Shown here piece after piece: positions 46,515-54,533 of a stretch of 64,000 nucleotides of DNA (within the stretch, counting starts at the first letter, position 1; each line of letters starts with the position of its first letter). Where the stretch lies: positions 6,707 to 70,706 of IMG/VR virus record IMGVR_UViG_3300005805_000078. One strand, 5' to 3'. Both the position numbers and the translations under genes were made by a program. Source of the DNA: a virus. Taxonomy: Duplodnaviria; Caudoviricetes. The notes under the pieces are model-generated. The model ran no database searches. It was given only the letters and a program-made list of their open reading frames with translations, and was not told the origin of the DNA.

Positions 46515-46560
46515 TCCACGAATCGATTGACAAACGAACCAGAACCTGTAGGATCCAACC

Positions 46561-46923
46561 ATGATGAACAAAACGACGAACACGGTGATGACTGAAGATT
46601 TCAAGTCCTGGCAAATTCGGAATCAGTCCAAAAAGAAGTATCGGCACCACACGGGTCGTCCTTCCACATATCGGAGAAAAGAATTCGGCTATCTTGCGGA
46701 AGTTATCCGCCTCGAGGACGAAGCGCGCCGCGCAGACCAGCACCGTGCCATTGTGCGGTTTTCTGAGCGAATCGAAAGAATGATTCTCAGTGGCGCCAAA
46801 GATCGGGAAACCGCCCTCCGTTGGATCCATGAGGCTGATGGCTCGAATAGTGACGAAGAGTACCTGGCTTACCTGAACGGCTTGCCTTACGGCTACTTTA
46901 AGTCGACCGATTCGGTCAACTAA
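46561..46923 (+). CDS. Hypothetical protein
   Basis: ATG 6 nt after the -10 box; last codons are element 14. Confidence 0.7.
   Translation: MMNKTTNTVMTEDFKSWQIRNQSKKKYRHHTGRPSTYRRKEFGYLAEVIRLEDEARRADQHRAIVRFSERIERMILSGAKDRETALRWIHEADGSNSDEEYLAYLNGLPYGYFKSTDSVN
46901..46921 (+). repeat. Palindromic element 14 plus promoter
   Basis: AGTCGACC-GATTC-GGTCAACT; TTGCCG 46935-40, N16, TATAGT 46957-62. Confidence 0.9.
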
Positions 46924-46998
46924 TCGGCCGCTGGTTGCCGAACCGTCCGACTCTGCTATAGTACATACATCGATTGACGAAAACTGAAAGGAAATCGA

Positions 46999-47211
46999 AT
47001 GAACGGCTGGACTAATCGTGCTACTTGGTTGGTGAATATGTGGTTTGAACCTCAATCTAAGGAGGATGTTGCGATGGCTCGCGAGGAATTCGAAAATACT
47101 ATTGACAATCTTCCGGCTTGGCTCCGTGATTTTGTCGATCAGGACATCAACTGGGAAGAAATTGAAGAACACTTCGATGATATCGAAGTTGAAGAAAACG
47201 AAGATGAATAA
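46999..47211 (+). CDS. Small very acidic phage protein (NGWTN family)
   Basis: MNGWTNRATW...INWEEI; D/E-rich tail. Confidence 0.75.
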   Translation: MNGWTNRATWLVNMWFEPQSKEDVAMAREEFENTIDNLPAWLRDFVDQDINWEEIEEHFDDIEVEENEDE

Positions 47212-47250
47212 GCTTTAATCGTAAACTGTAAATCCAAAGAGGAGTATATT

Positions 47251-47874
47251 ATGGAAACTGTGAATCTGAAGTTTGAAACCCAATCTGGAATGGCTGCCTT
47301 TCTCAAGGGTCTTAAGTATAACGATCATTTGAAAATGGCTTCTCGTTTCGGCGTGAAACCCATTCCTCGCAGTAAGGAGCAAGCGGCTCTGGTCGCTGAC
47401 TATCTGGTGCAAGGTATTAACAAGGGTCTTACCGGCGAGGCTCTCGCTGAATATGCAAAGGAGCGTACCAACCGACTGGCTGCGATTATTCCCGAATTGA
47501 CGAATGTGGATTCTGAAATGGCTGTGGGAAATGATCCCGTCACCGAAACCGTCGCCGAAGCCTCGGTCGAAATCGAAACCCAAGGCGAGGCTACGGTTGA
47601 AGAAAGCGCCAGTGTCGAGGAAACAGCGGCTCCGATCGAAGAATCGACCACTGATGCTACGGTGACCACGGCTATTGTTGCGGAGACTCCTAAGCGCGCC
47701 AGGAAAGTCTCCAAGACCAAGTATCCTGATGGCAGCATTGTGGCGCGACTTGATCGTGGTGGCTTCGATGGCTGGTATGCTGGTCGTGCCGAAGCCTTCC
47801 GCCCGACCGTCGAGAAGGTTCAACAATTCTTTGCCAAAAAGTATCCGGATATCGTGACTGTGGTTGTTGAGTAA
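47251..47874 (+). CDS. Two-domain protein, paralog of 41742-42233
   Basis: SD GAGGAG; shared N- and C-domains, acidic linker. Confidence 0.8.
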   Translation: METVNLKFETQSGMAAFLKGLKYNDHLKMASRFGVKPIPRSKEQAALVADYLVQGINKGLTGEALAEYAKERTNRLAAIIPELTNVDSEMAVGNDPVTETVAEASVEIETQGEATVEESASVEETAAPIEESTTDATVTTAIVAETPKRARKVSKTKYPDGSIVARLDRGGFDGWYAGRAEAFRPTVEKVQQFFAKKYPDIVTVVVE

Positions 47875-47886
47875 TCCGGTCAACAA
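47864..47886 (+). repeat. Palindromic element 15 plus promoter enclosed in an extra 11-bp inverted repeat
   Basis: TTGTTGAGT-AATCC-GGTCAACAA; TTGCCG 47900-05, N17, TAGAAT 47923-28. Confidence 0.82.
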
Positions 47887-47966
47887 TTCGATGCGGTGGT
47901 TGCCGAACGGACACCGCATCGATAGAATCATTTTTGTAACGTCAATTTTTAAACAAGGAGTGTCTG

Positions 47967-48191
47967 ATGACCACCAGTATTGATATTTCCCAAGCCCTTG
48001 ACAATCTGATGAAGATCAAGGCCGCTCTTCGCGAGGCGCGCGCCAAGGAACGTGCCGAAAAGGTCGCCGCGGCTAAAGCCTCTGCAAAGGCGAAGGCTGC
48101 GAATCTTCGCGCCGTGAAGGCTCAAATCCGCGCACTCATGAAGGCGCATGATATCAAGGTCGAAGACCTGGCGGAAGAGACTGTACATTAA
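47967..48191 (+). CDS. Small basic Ala/Lys-rich coiled-coil protein
   Basis: SD AAGGAG; KAKAANLRAVK. Confidence 0.7.
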   Translation: MTTSIDISQALDNLMKIKAALREARAKERAEKVAAAKASAKAKAANLRAVKAQIRALMKAHDIKVEDLAEETVH

Positions 48192-48212
48192 AAACCGGTC
48201 GAACCCAGTACC

Positions 48213-48245
48213 AAAGCCGATGGCTCACGCTATCGGCTTTTTTTT
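48213..48245 (+). terminator. Intrinsic terminator
   Basis: AAAGCCGATGGC-TCAC-GCTATCGGCTTT followed by T-run. Confidence 0.85.
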
Positions 48246-48398
48246 CGTCCTATGAAAACGTTCCAATCGTTCTCCAATGCTTCGGTTTTGCGTGAGCATA
48301 CACCGCATAGTGTCGGCGAACCAATCGATCCTGGCGTGTCCTGGTTCGTCCTTCAGACCATGCATAGAATGAGAAAGTGTGGCACGGCGCTGACACAA

Positions 48399-48419
48399 TG
48401 TCGACCGGATCGGTCAAGC
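48399..48419 (+). repeat. Palindromic element 16 plus promoter
   Basis: TGTCGACC-GGATC-GGTCAAGC; TTGCCG 48434-39, N17, CAGAAT 48457-62. Confidence 0.82.
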
Positions 48420-48495
48420 TTTCGCAACAATGGTTGCCGCTCTGTTCAGAGTCTGACAGAATTCATTCTGTCGTAACAAGAAAGGTGCTTCGAAA

Positions 48496-48681
48496 ATGTT
48501 GACTCGCTACTTTGTTCAATTCGGCGAAAACTCCCGTATGTGGGAGGTTGTCGATATTCAGACTAACGGCGCCATTGCATGGTACGAATATCCATATGCT
48601 GCCGAAGATCATGCGACCGATCTAAATGTGGTCGATGAATTCGAATATGAAATGGCTGCGTATAACGCCGACACGTACTAA
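48496..48681 (+). CDS. Small acidic hypothetical protein
   Basis: SD AAGGTG. Confidence 0.6.
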   Translation: MLTRYFVQFGENSRMWEVVDIQTNGAIAWYEYPYAAEDHATDLNVVDEFEYEMAAYNADTY

Positions 48682-48698
48682 TTCAAGGAGTTTTGAAA

Positions 48699-48926
48699 AT
48701 GGAAATTTTCAATCGTGGCGATAAGGTTCGTGTCGAATATTCATATCGCAAATTCTTCGAAGGTACTGTACTCTGGACTGAAAAATCTGGTTCTCTTGAA
48801 TTTGTCACGGTTAGACCAGATGATTTGAAAATGATTTACACGTTCGGTTCCTCTCGCGATATGGACAATCAATATAAAGCATATATTGCGAATGACGAAA
48901 TTCTCGGGCGTGTCAAAAAGATTTAA
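48699..48926 (+). CDS. Small SH3/KOW-like protein
   Basis: FNRGDKVRV..FEGTV; SD AAGGAG. Confidence 0.6.
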   Translation: MEIFNRGDKVRVEYSYRKFFEGTVLWTEKSGSLEFVTVRPDDLKMIYTFGSSRDMDNQYKAYIANDEILGRVKKI

Positions 48927-48938
48927 TTAGGAAGTATA

Positions 48939-49145
48939 TTGAATATGATTACCGCAAACTACATGGCGCCTCGTTATGAATTTCGCGCCGAATACTTGAC
49001 CGATGATTATACGTATCATGGTTTTGGTATTGAGCCTCTCGATGCACCGGAGTCCATTTCTGCGGGTTCCCATGTCTGGGTGGACTATCTTTCGATACCA
49101 GGTGGTACTTGGCTTCCTTCTGTCGTGACTCGCGAGTGGCAATGA
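48939..49145 (+). CDS. Hypothetical protein
   Basis: Stop abuts element 17. Confidence 0.55.
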   Translation: MNMITANYMAPRYEFRAEYLTDDYTYHGFGIEPLDAPESISAGSHVWVDYLSIPGGTWLPSVVTREWQ

Positions 49146-49167
49146 TAGTCGACCAGTCCGGTAGACT
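49146..49167 (+). repeat. Palindromic element 17 plus promoter
   Basis: TAGTCGACC-AGTCC-GGTAGACT; TTGCCA 49182-87, N16, TAGAAT 49204-09. Confidence 0.85.
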
Positions 49168-49262
49168 TTCGAACGGACTGGTTGCCAACCTCTGACGGTT
49201 GTATAGAATTCATTCTGTTGTCCCCCTCTACCGCCGCAGTAACCAACCAAAGGCAAGACACC

Positions 49263-49991
49263 ATGATTCTCCTGAGCACCGGCAACCCGAAGATTCTTAA
49301 GGGTCAGAGCCAAGGCTACATGACCTTCATTCTTCATCTTGCACCCTACACACTGTCTGGTCACAATACCTGCCCGAAGGCGACGCCTGGCTGTGCTGCG
49401 GCATGCCTTAACACCGCTGGTCGTGGTGGTATGTTCAAGCGAGGCGAGAATACCAACGTCATTCAAAAGGCACGTATTCGCAAGACCAATTGGTTTTTCG
49501 AAGACCGTGCATCGTTTATGGCGGCTCTTGTTAATGACATTCAAAAAGCTATTCGCCACGCAGAAAAGCGTGGTTATATTCCCGTGTTTCGTTTGAATGG
49601 TACTTCCGATCTTGCATGGGAAAAGTATCCCGTGATTCGTAATGGCATCGAATATAAGAATATCTTCGATGCATTCTCTACCGTCCAATTCTATGATTAC
49701 ACCAAAATTCTTGGTCGTAAGATCAAAGATATTCAGAATTATCATCTGACGTTTTCAAAGGCAGAATCGAACCGATTTGATGTTGCATATGCACTCAATC
49801 TCGGTTATAACGTGGCTGTAGTATTCTCGACAAAGAAAGGTGCTGCATTGCCTGATAATTATCTGAATCGCCCGGTGTTTAACGGCGACGAATCCGATCT
49901 TCGATTCTTGGATCCGAAGAATGTGATTGTTGGTCTTTACGCCAAAGGCCGTGCAAAGAAAGACACCTCTGGTTTTGTGGTTCAAGTTTAA
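49263..49991 (+). CDS. GP88-family (radical-SAM-like Cys cluster) protein
   Basis: NTCPKATPGCAAACLNTAGRG, RLNGTSD, FYDYTK, GDESDLRFLD. Confidence 0.75.
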   Translation: MILLSTGNPKILKGQSQGYMTFILHLAPYTLSGHNTCPKATPGCAAACLNTAGRGGMFKRGENTNVIQKARIRKTNWFFEDRASFMAALVNDIQKAIRHAEKRGYIPVFRLNGTSDLAWEKYPVIRNGIEYKNIFDAFSTVQFYDYTKILGRKIKDIQNYHLTFSKAESNRFDVAYALNLGYNVAVVFSTKKGAALPDNYLNRPVFNGDESDLRFLDPKNVIVGLYAKGRAKKDTSGFVVQV

Positions 49992-50171
49992 TAGGAGTAA
50001 ATAAAATGATGACGATTCTCGGTATGGTTCCCTACATGATTGTAGGTGGTATTCTTGCTTCCATGGGTTATGGTGTTATGAATATGAATTGGCAACTTTT
50101 TGCCATTCTTGGTTGTATGTGTATCTCTGAATTTATTTCTATGTTCAAGTATTCTCGTTAAGGATATAAAA

Positions 50172-50378
50172 ATGAAAGATAATACTCTATATCGAGTGAT
50201 TGAAAGGGATACTAACGAAATTCGAGAATTTGAAGATCCTTATGATATTTCGATATATTTTTTGGGTCGGGTTGTCAGTGATTACATTGTTGTAAAAAGC
50301 GATGAAAATGGTGATCGTGTGGTGATTTTCAATGATTATGAAATGAACGCTATTAAAAAAGCTTTGATCGCAGGTTAA
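50172..50378 (+). CDS. Hypothetical protein
   Basis: SD AAGGA. Confidence 0.55.
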   Translation: MKDNTLYRVIERDTNEIREFEDPYDISIYFLGRVVSDYIVVKSDENGDRVVIFNDYEMNAIKKALIAG

Positions 50379-50393
50379 ATAGAAGTAAACAAA

Positions 50394-50582
50394 ATGCCCT
50401 ATATTCTTCAAATTTTCAAAGTTGATCCTGTTTCGGGTTCTAAGGAACTATTTAAGGAAATTTCTTACGCATTTGTATCCGGTACTGAAATGATGGATAT
50501 ACTTTATGGTGCTCGACATTTTGGTATTGCGGAATATTTTAATCTTCCTTTGAAAAATCAATACGATATGACGTTTAAGTGA
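50394..50582 (+). CDS. Hypothetical protein
   Basis: Stop abuts element 18. Confidence 0.5.
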   Translation: MPYILQIFKVDPVSGSKELFKEISYAFVSGTEMMDILYGARHFGIAEYFNLPLKNQYDMTFK

Positions 50583-50607
50583 GAAGTTGATTGATCCGGT
50601 CAACTTC
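50583..50607 (+). repeat. Palindromic element 18 plus promoter
   Basis: GAAGTTGATT-GATCC-GGTCAACTTC; TTGCCA 50620-25, N17, TACACT 50643-48. Confidence 0.88.
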
Positions 50608-50677
50608 TTTTCTTGATGCTTGCCACCCCACCAACGTAGTGCTACACTGTATTCAAGTTAGAAAAAAGAGGTAATAA

Positions 50678-51691
50678 ATGCGTAAAATGGCTTCAATTCG
50701 TAAGATCGATAACATTGTGCCGATTCTCGGTGCCGATGCTATCGAATGCGCCATGATTGGCGGGTGGTCTGTCGTGGTAAAGCGCGGCGAATTCAATATC
50801 GGCGACCTTGCAGTATATGTGGAAATTGATGCATGGGTGCCGACTGAGATTGCACCGTTCCTTTCTAAGGGTCACGAACCACGCGAATATAATGGCGTGA
50901 AAGGTGAACGGCTGAAGACTGTCCGCCTTCGTGGTCAATTGAGCCAGGGTCTTTTGTTGTCTCGTTATCTTATCTTGGATAAGATCGGCGAAATCTACGA
51001 AGGTATTGACGTTACCGAAGCCCTTGGCATTCAAAAGTGGGAACCTCCTGTATCTCCGCAATTGGCTGGACAAACTAAGGGTACTTTTCCGTCTTTTATT
51101 CCGAAGACCGATCAAGAGCGAGTGCAGAATCTGGTTCCGATTATCTCTGTTGCATTTAATCGTTCTGATACTTTCGAGATTACAGAAAAACTTGAAGGTT
51201 CTTCTATGACCGTTTTCATGCACCAAGGTGAATTCGGCGTTTGTTCTCGAAATCAAGAATTGAAGCAAACGGAAGACAATACTTTCTGGAAGGTTGCACT
51301 CGAAAACGATATTGAGAATCGTATTCGCTCCCTTGATCTGGATAACATTGCGATTCAAGGTGAATTGGTCGGTCCAGGTATTCAAGGCAATATCTACAAG
51401 TTTGTGAATCATAAGTTTTTCGTATTCGACATTTACGATATCAAGAGTGGTCGATATTTGAATCCGAATGAACGGTGTGTAATTGTTTCCCGCCTTCGCC
51501 TGATGCATGTTCCGATTATTGCTTTGAATAAGAGTCTTCCTTCTGCCGATGTTTCTGTTATTCTTAACATGGCTGAAGGCAAGAGTATTCTCTCCGTAAA
51601 TCAGGAACGTGAAGGTATTGTGTTTAAGGATACAAAAGGTGGATTTAGCTTTAAGGCTATTTCTAATAAGTATCTGTTGAAGCAAGGTTAA
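50678..51691 (+). CDS. RNA ligase, Rnl2/DRB0094-like with N-terminal OB domain
   Basis: ASIRKI..I.PI.GAD.IE, TEKLEGSS, QGEL.GPGIQGN, EREGIV, FKAISN. Confidence 0.9.
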   Translation: MRKMASIRKIDNIVPILGADAIECAMIGGWSVVVKRGEFNIGDLAVYVEIDAWVPTEIAPFLSKGHEPREYNGVKGERLKTVRLRGQLSQGLLLSRYLILDKIGEIYEGIDVTEALGIQKWEPPVSPQLAGQTKGTFPSFIPKTDQERVQNLVPIISVAFNRSDTFEITEKLEGSSMTVFMHQGEFGVCSRNQELKQTEDNTFWKVALENDIENRIRSLDLDNIAIQGELVGPGIQGNIYKFVNHKFFVFDIYDIKSGRYLNPNERCVIVSRLRLMHVPIIALNKSLPSADVSVILNMAEGKSILSVNQEREGIVFKDTKGGFSFKAISNKYLLKQG

Positions 51692-51705
51692 AAGGAGCAT
51701 TTAGA

Positions 51706-51891
51706 ATGAAGTATGTTATTCTTTCTCTTCTCGTTCTTTCTCTCACCGGTTGCGGCTGGTTTGAACGGAAGGTTGTAGCCAATTTCACAGGCTATGGTAA
51801 GGTGTGCGTGGATGGCGTCCAGTATCTACAATTCGCATCCGGTGCCACCGTGCAATACGATAAGGACGGCAAGGTTGTGTTGTGCAAGTGA
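51706..51891 (+). CDS. Small lipoprotein
   Basis: Lipobox LTG-C. Confidence 0.7.
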   Translation: MKYVILSLLVLSLTGCGWFERKVVANFTGYGKVCVDGVQYLQFASGATVQYDKDGKVVLCK

Positions 51892-51892
51892 T

Positions 51893-51915
51893 TAGTTGAC
51901 CAGACCGGTCGACTA
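51893..51915 (+). repeat. Palindromic element 19 plus promoter
   Basis: TAGTTGACC-AGACC-GGTCGACTA; TTGCCA 51929-34, N17, TAGAAT 51952-57. Confidence 0.9.
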
Positions 51916-52004
51916 CTTCGAGCAGTGGTTGCCAGAGCCACCGCCCTGCACTAGAATTCATTTTGTGGTGAATGACAGGTAACGAAACAATCAAGGAATG
52001 TGAA

Positions 52005-52292
52005 ATGCACAATCATACTGAATATGGCGTTTGTCCTGTGTGCAATGGCTCTGGTCGTGTTCCTGCTGGTAAATACCGCGGTATTTACGGCTACGATAAG
52101 GCAACCGATACGATTGGTTGCCGAAACTGTGGCGGTCAAACCATGAGTATGCGTGCCACGGGAAAGGTTCGTCTCCGTCGCGATGGTACGCCGTGCGAAC
52201 ATAAGTATGTCGGTCATAATGCCGGTCGGTGCTACACTGTTTACACATGCGAGCATTGCGGCGATACTTTTTCCATCGATTCTGGCGATTGA
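52005..52292 (+). CDS. Zinc-finger protein
   Basis: CPVCNGSG, CRNCGG, CEH, CEHCG. Confidence 0.75.
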   Translation: MHNHTEYGVCPVCNGSGRVPAGKYRGIYGYDKATDTIGCRNCGGQTMSMRATGKVRLRRDGTPCEHKYVGHNAGRCYTVYTCEHCGDTFSIDSGD

Positions 52293-52313
52293 AGTTGACA
52301 GAAACGGTCGACT
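52293..52313 (+). repeat. Palindromic element 20 plus promoter
   Basis: AGTTGACA-GAAAC-GGTCGACT; TTGCCA 52327-32, N17, TAGAAT 52350-55. Confidence 0.85.
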
Positions 52314-52386
52314 ATTTTCGTGGCGGTTGCCAAAACACCTGCCGAGAATTAGAATCTGTTCTGTTGATTGATGAGGGCTTCTGAAA

Positions 52387-52617
52387 ATGAAAGTGCAATT
52401 GAATAACTATCCGATGCTTGAAAACGAAATGTATTGCATTTCAAAGTCTTGGTCTTTCGATTTTATCGATTGCCTTCGTTACATTTACGATAATCGTAAA
52501 GAGTATGACGGCACTGACGTCTGGACCGAATTCGTGCAATTTACCTCTGAAATTGGTTTTCTTTCTGGTCTAGGTGATTCTTCGGAAAGTGATTTTTTTT
52601 CTGGCGTAGGTGAATAA
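52387..52617 (+). CDS. Hypothetical protein
   Basis: ORF after promoter 52327. Confidence 0.6.
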   Translation: MKVQLNNYPMLENEMYCISKSWSFDFIDCLRYIYDNRKEYDGTDVWTEFVQFTSEIGFLSGLGDSSESDFFSGVGE

Positions 52618-52968
52618 AATGTCCATCTTTTCTGAAATCGATATGGTAATCGTTGATTCTATAGTCTCAGGCGATTCTTCTTCGAAGATTGTCGAAACTC
52701 TGATTCGTGATTATAATATCAATATGAAGTTTGCAAAAAAGCTGGTTGAAAACTATTTCGACCAAGAACAAAATGAATATGAGGCTGAATATGACTGATT
52801 TTCAAGATGATGAATTTGACATTGTTGGTGGTCGTATGAAGATGAAACAAGATAAAACCATTCGATTCAAGGCGCCGAAGCCTTTTACTCGGAAACCTAT
52901 CAAGCCGCGGCAGGCACATAAGATTGCCACGCGGTATGATCGGAAGTCCACTAAGGACTTCGATTACG

Positions 52969-52993
52969 ATTCTTGACCGGATCGCTCAAGAAT
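52969..52993 (+). repeat. Palindromic element 21 plus promoter
   Basis: ATTCTTGACC-GGATC-GCTCAAGAAT; TTGCCA 53005-10, N17, TAGAAT 53028-33. Confidence 0.85.
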
Positions 52994-53070
52994 TCTAAGA
53001 ACGTTTGCCAAACCATGCAATGTATCTTAGAATTCTTCTATCGATTAACAAGTAACTCGGAGATTTTCTA

Positions 53071-53907
53071 ATGCCTCGTGGTGTTCCTGCTGCTGGTTTT
53101 CGTATGACCAAGAATCGTGTCGGTATGCTTGATTCGAATGGCGTTCTCACTGAGAAAAATGCCGCAGAATCTCGATTCTCGATCATTGATCGGTTCGAAT
53201 TCGTTTCCGATATGGTTCGGATGCTTGCACAAGGCATCCAAGCATCCGTTATCGTTACTGGTCCTGGCGGTCTTGGTAAGTCTTTCACTGTGATGGAAGC
53301 ACTCAATACTGCCGGTCTTATGGACATTACTCTCGTTGACGATCTTCCCGTCGGTTTCTCCTTGAATGGCGGGAAGACCTTCCGCGTGATCAAAGGCTAC
53401 TCGACTGCTAAGGGTCTGTATCGTACTCTGTACGAAAACCGTGAAGGCGTGGTAGTTTTCGATGATTGCGATTCGGTACTTCGTGATCCAGTTTCTCTTA
53501 ATTTGCTTAAGGCGGCTCTTGATTCTTACGATAAGCGTGTTATTTCGTGGCGTGCTGATATTCGTGATGAAGATTTGCCGACCTCTTTTCTCTTCAACGG
53601 TCGTGTGGTCTTTATTTCGAATCAATCTTCGAATTCAATTGATCAGGCGATCATTACTCGCTCGATGGCGGTTGATCTTTCGATGACCACTGCACAAAAA
53701 ATCGAACGTATGCGCTGGTTGATTTCGAAAGATGATTTCATGCCTGAATATGAAATTGGCTATAAGAATGATGCAATTGAGCTTATCGCCTCTATTATGG
53801 ACAGTGTAAAGGAATTGTCTCTTCGTACTCTGATTCAAGTTACCAAGATTCGCAAGGCTGGCGGTCCTCGCTGGCGTGATCTTGCAGAGTACACTATCGC
53901 TGGTTGA
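53071..53907 (+). CDS. Phage AAA+ ATPase
   Basis: GPGGLGKS, VVFDDCD, FISN, SRS. Confidence 0.85.
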   Translation: MPRGVPAAGFRMTKNRVGMLDSNGVLTEKNAAESRFSIIDRFEFVSDMVRMLAQGIQASVIVTGPGGLGKSFTVMEALNTAGLMDITLVDDLPVGFSLNGGKTFRVIKGYSTAKGLYRTLYENREGVVVFDDCDSVLRDPVSLNLLKAALDSYDKRVISWRADIRDEDLPTSFLFNGRVVFISNQSSNSIDQAIITRSMAVDLSMTTAQKIERMRWLISKDDFMPEYEIGYKNDAIELIASIMDSVKELSLRTLIQVTKIRKAGGPRWRDLAEYTIAG

Positions 53908-54272
53908 GTATAAGGAGAGAAAAGTCACCATGACTTTTTGGGTAATGCTTAATATCTTTTGTGCCGTTATGTTTATACAAATGGCAATCAATGATTTTAA
54001 ACAAGGTAATAATAAACTTGGTTGGCTCGGAATATTTGTATCCGCCATGAATGCTGCTGGTGCTCTTTCTTATCTCATCTAAAGGACTTAATAAATGAAT
54101 TCCCAAATCGCATGGTCTTATCTCGTTAACTTTCTCTCCGGTGAGTTTCAGACTCATTCAGAGGCTGCATATCTTGCATTCAAGTTTGCAGAAAAAGCGG
54201 GTAAAGTCGATTCTATTCCGCCTGTGAAGCACAAGTTCTAATTTTGTTTAATGTAAAAAGGAGTAAATTGAA

Positions 54273-54533
54273 ATGAGCAAAGTCTATTTTATGCATATTC
54301 GTAACGTTGATGCCCGCGGTGAAATTAATAATTTTGGCGGTGCAACCATCGCATATCGAGAAATCGATGGTGGTGTTGAATTCGCTGAAGCATGGTGCAG
54401 TAATCGTGATAACTTTAACAAGGCATACGGTCGTGCAAAGGCACAAGGTCGACTGAATAGTCCGAAGTATAATCGAAAGTTTTATGGTACTTTTGAACAG
54501 TTTCGCGAAGGTATTATGATGAATGTGATCTAA
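54273..54533 (+). CDS. Conserved small phage protein
   Basis: GGATIAY...AWCS.RDNFNKAYGR..A.GR. Confidence 0.7.
   Translation: MSKVYFMHIRNVDARGEINNFGGATIAYREIDGGVEFAEAWCSNRDNFNKAYGRAKAQGRLNSPKYNRKFYGTFEQFREGIMMNVI

Noticed and set aside
48252-48476. ORF starting MKTFQSF that looks like a capsid-targeting signal
   Set aside because: Directly after a terminator, no SD or late promoter, and runs through element 16; likely chance
41969-51700. Long antisense ORFs (41969-42781, 44189-44995, 46378-47172, 47215-47931, 48927-49745, 50693-51700)
   Set aside because: They mirror + strand genes that have promoters, SDs and family motifs; explained by codon bias leaving few reverse stops
37995-52993. 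Palindromic repeats as a CRISPR array
   Set aside because: The intervals are 140-2300 bp containing whole genes, the repeats are degenerate, and no cas genes are seen
37995-52993. Palindromes as integron attC sites
   Set aside because: Too short, cores are in the opposite order to RYYYAAC...GTTRRRY, each cassette has its own promoter, and there is no IntI in the window
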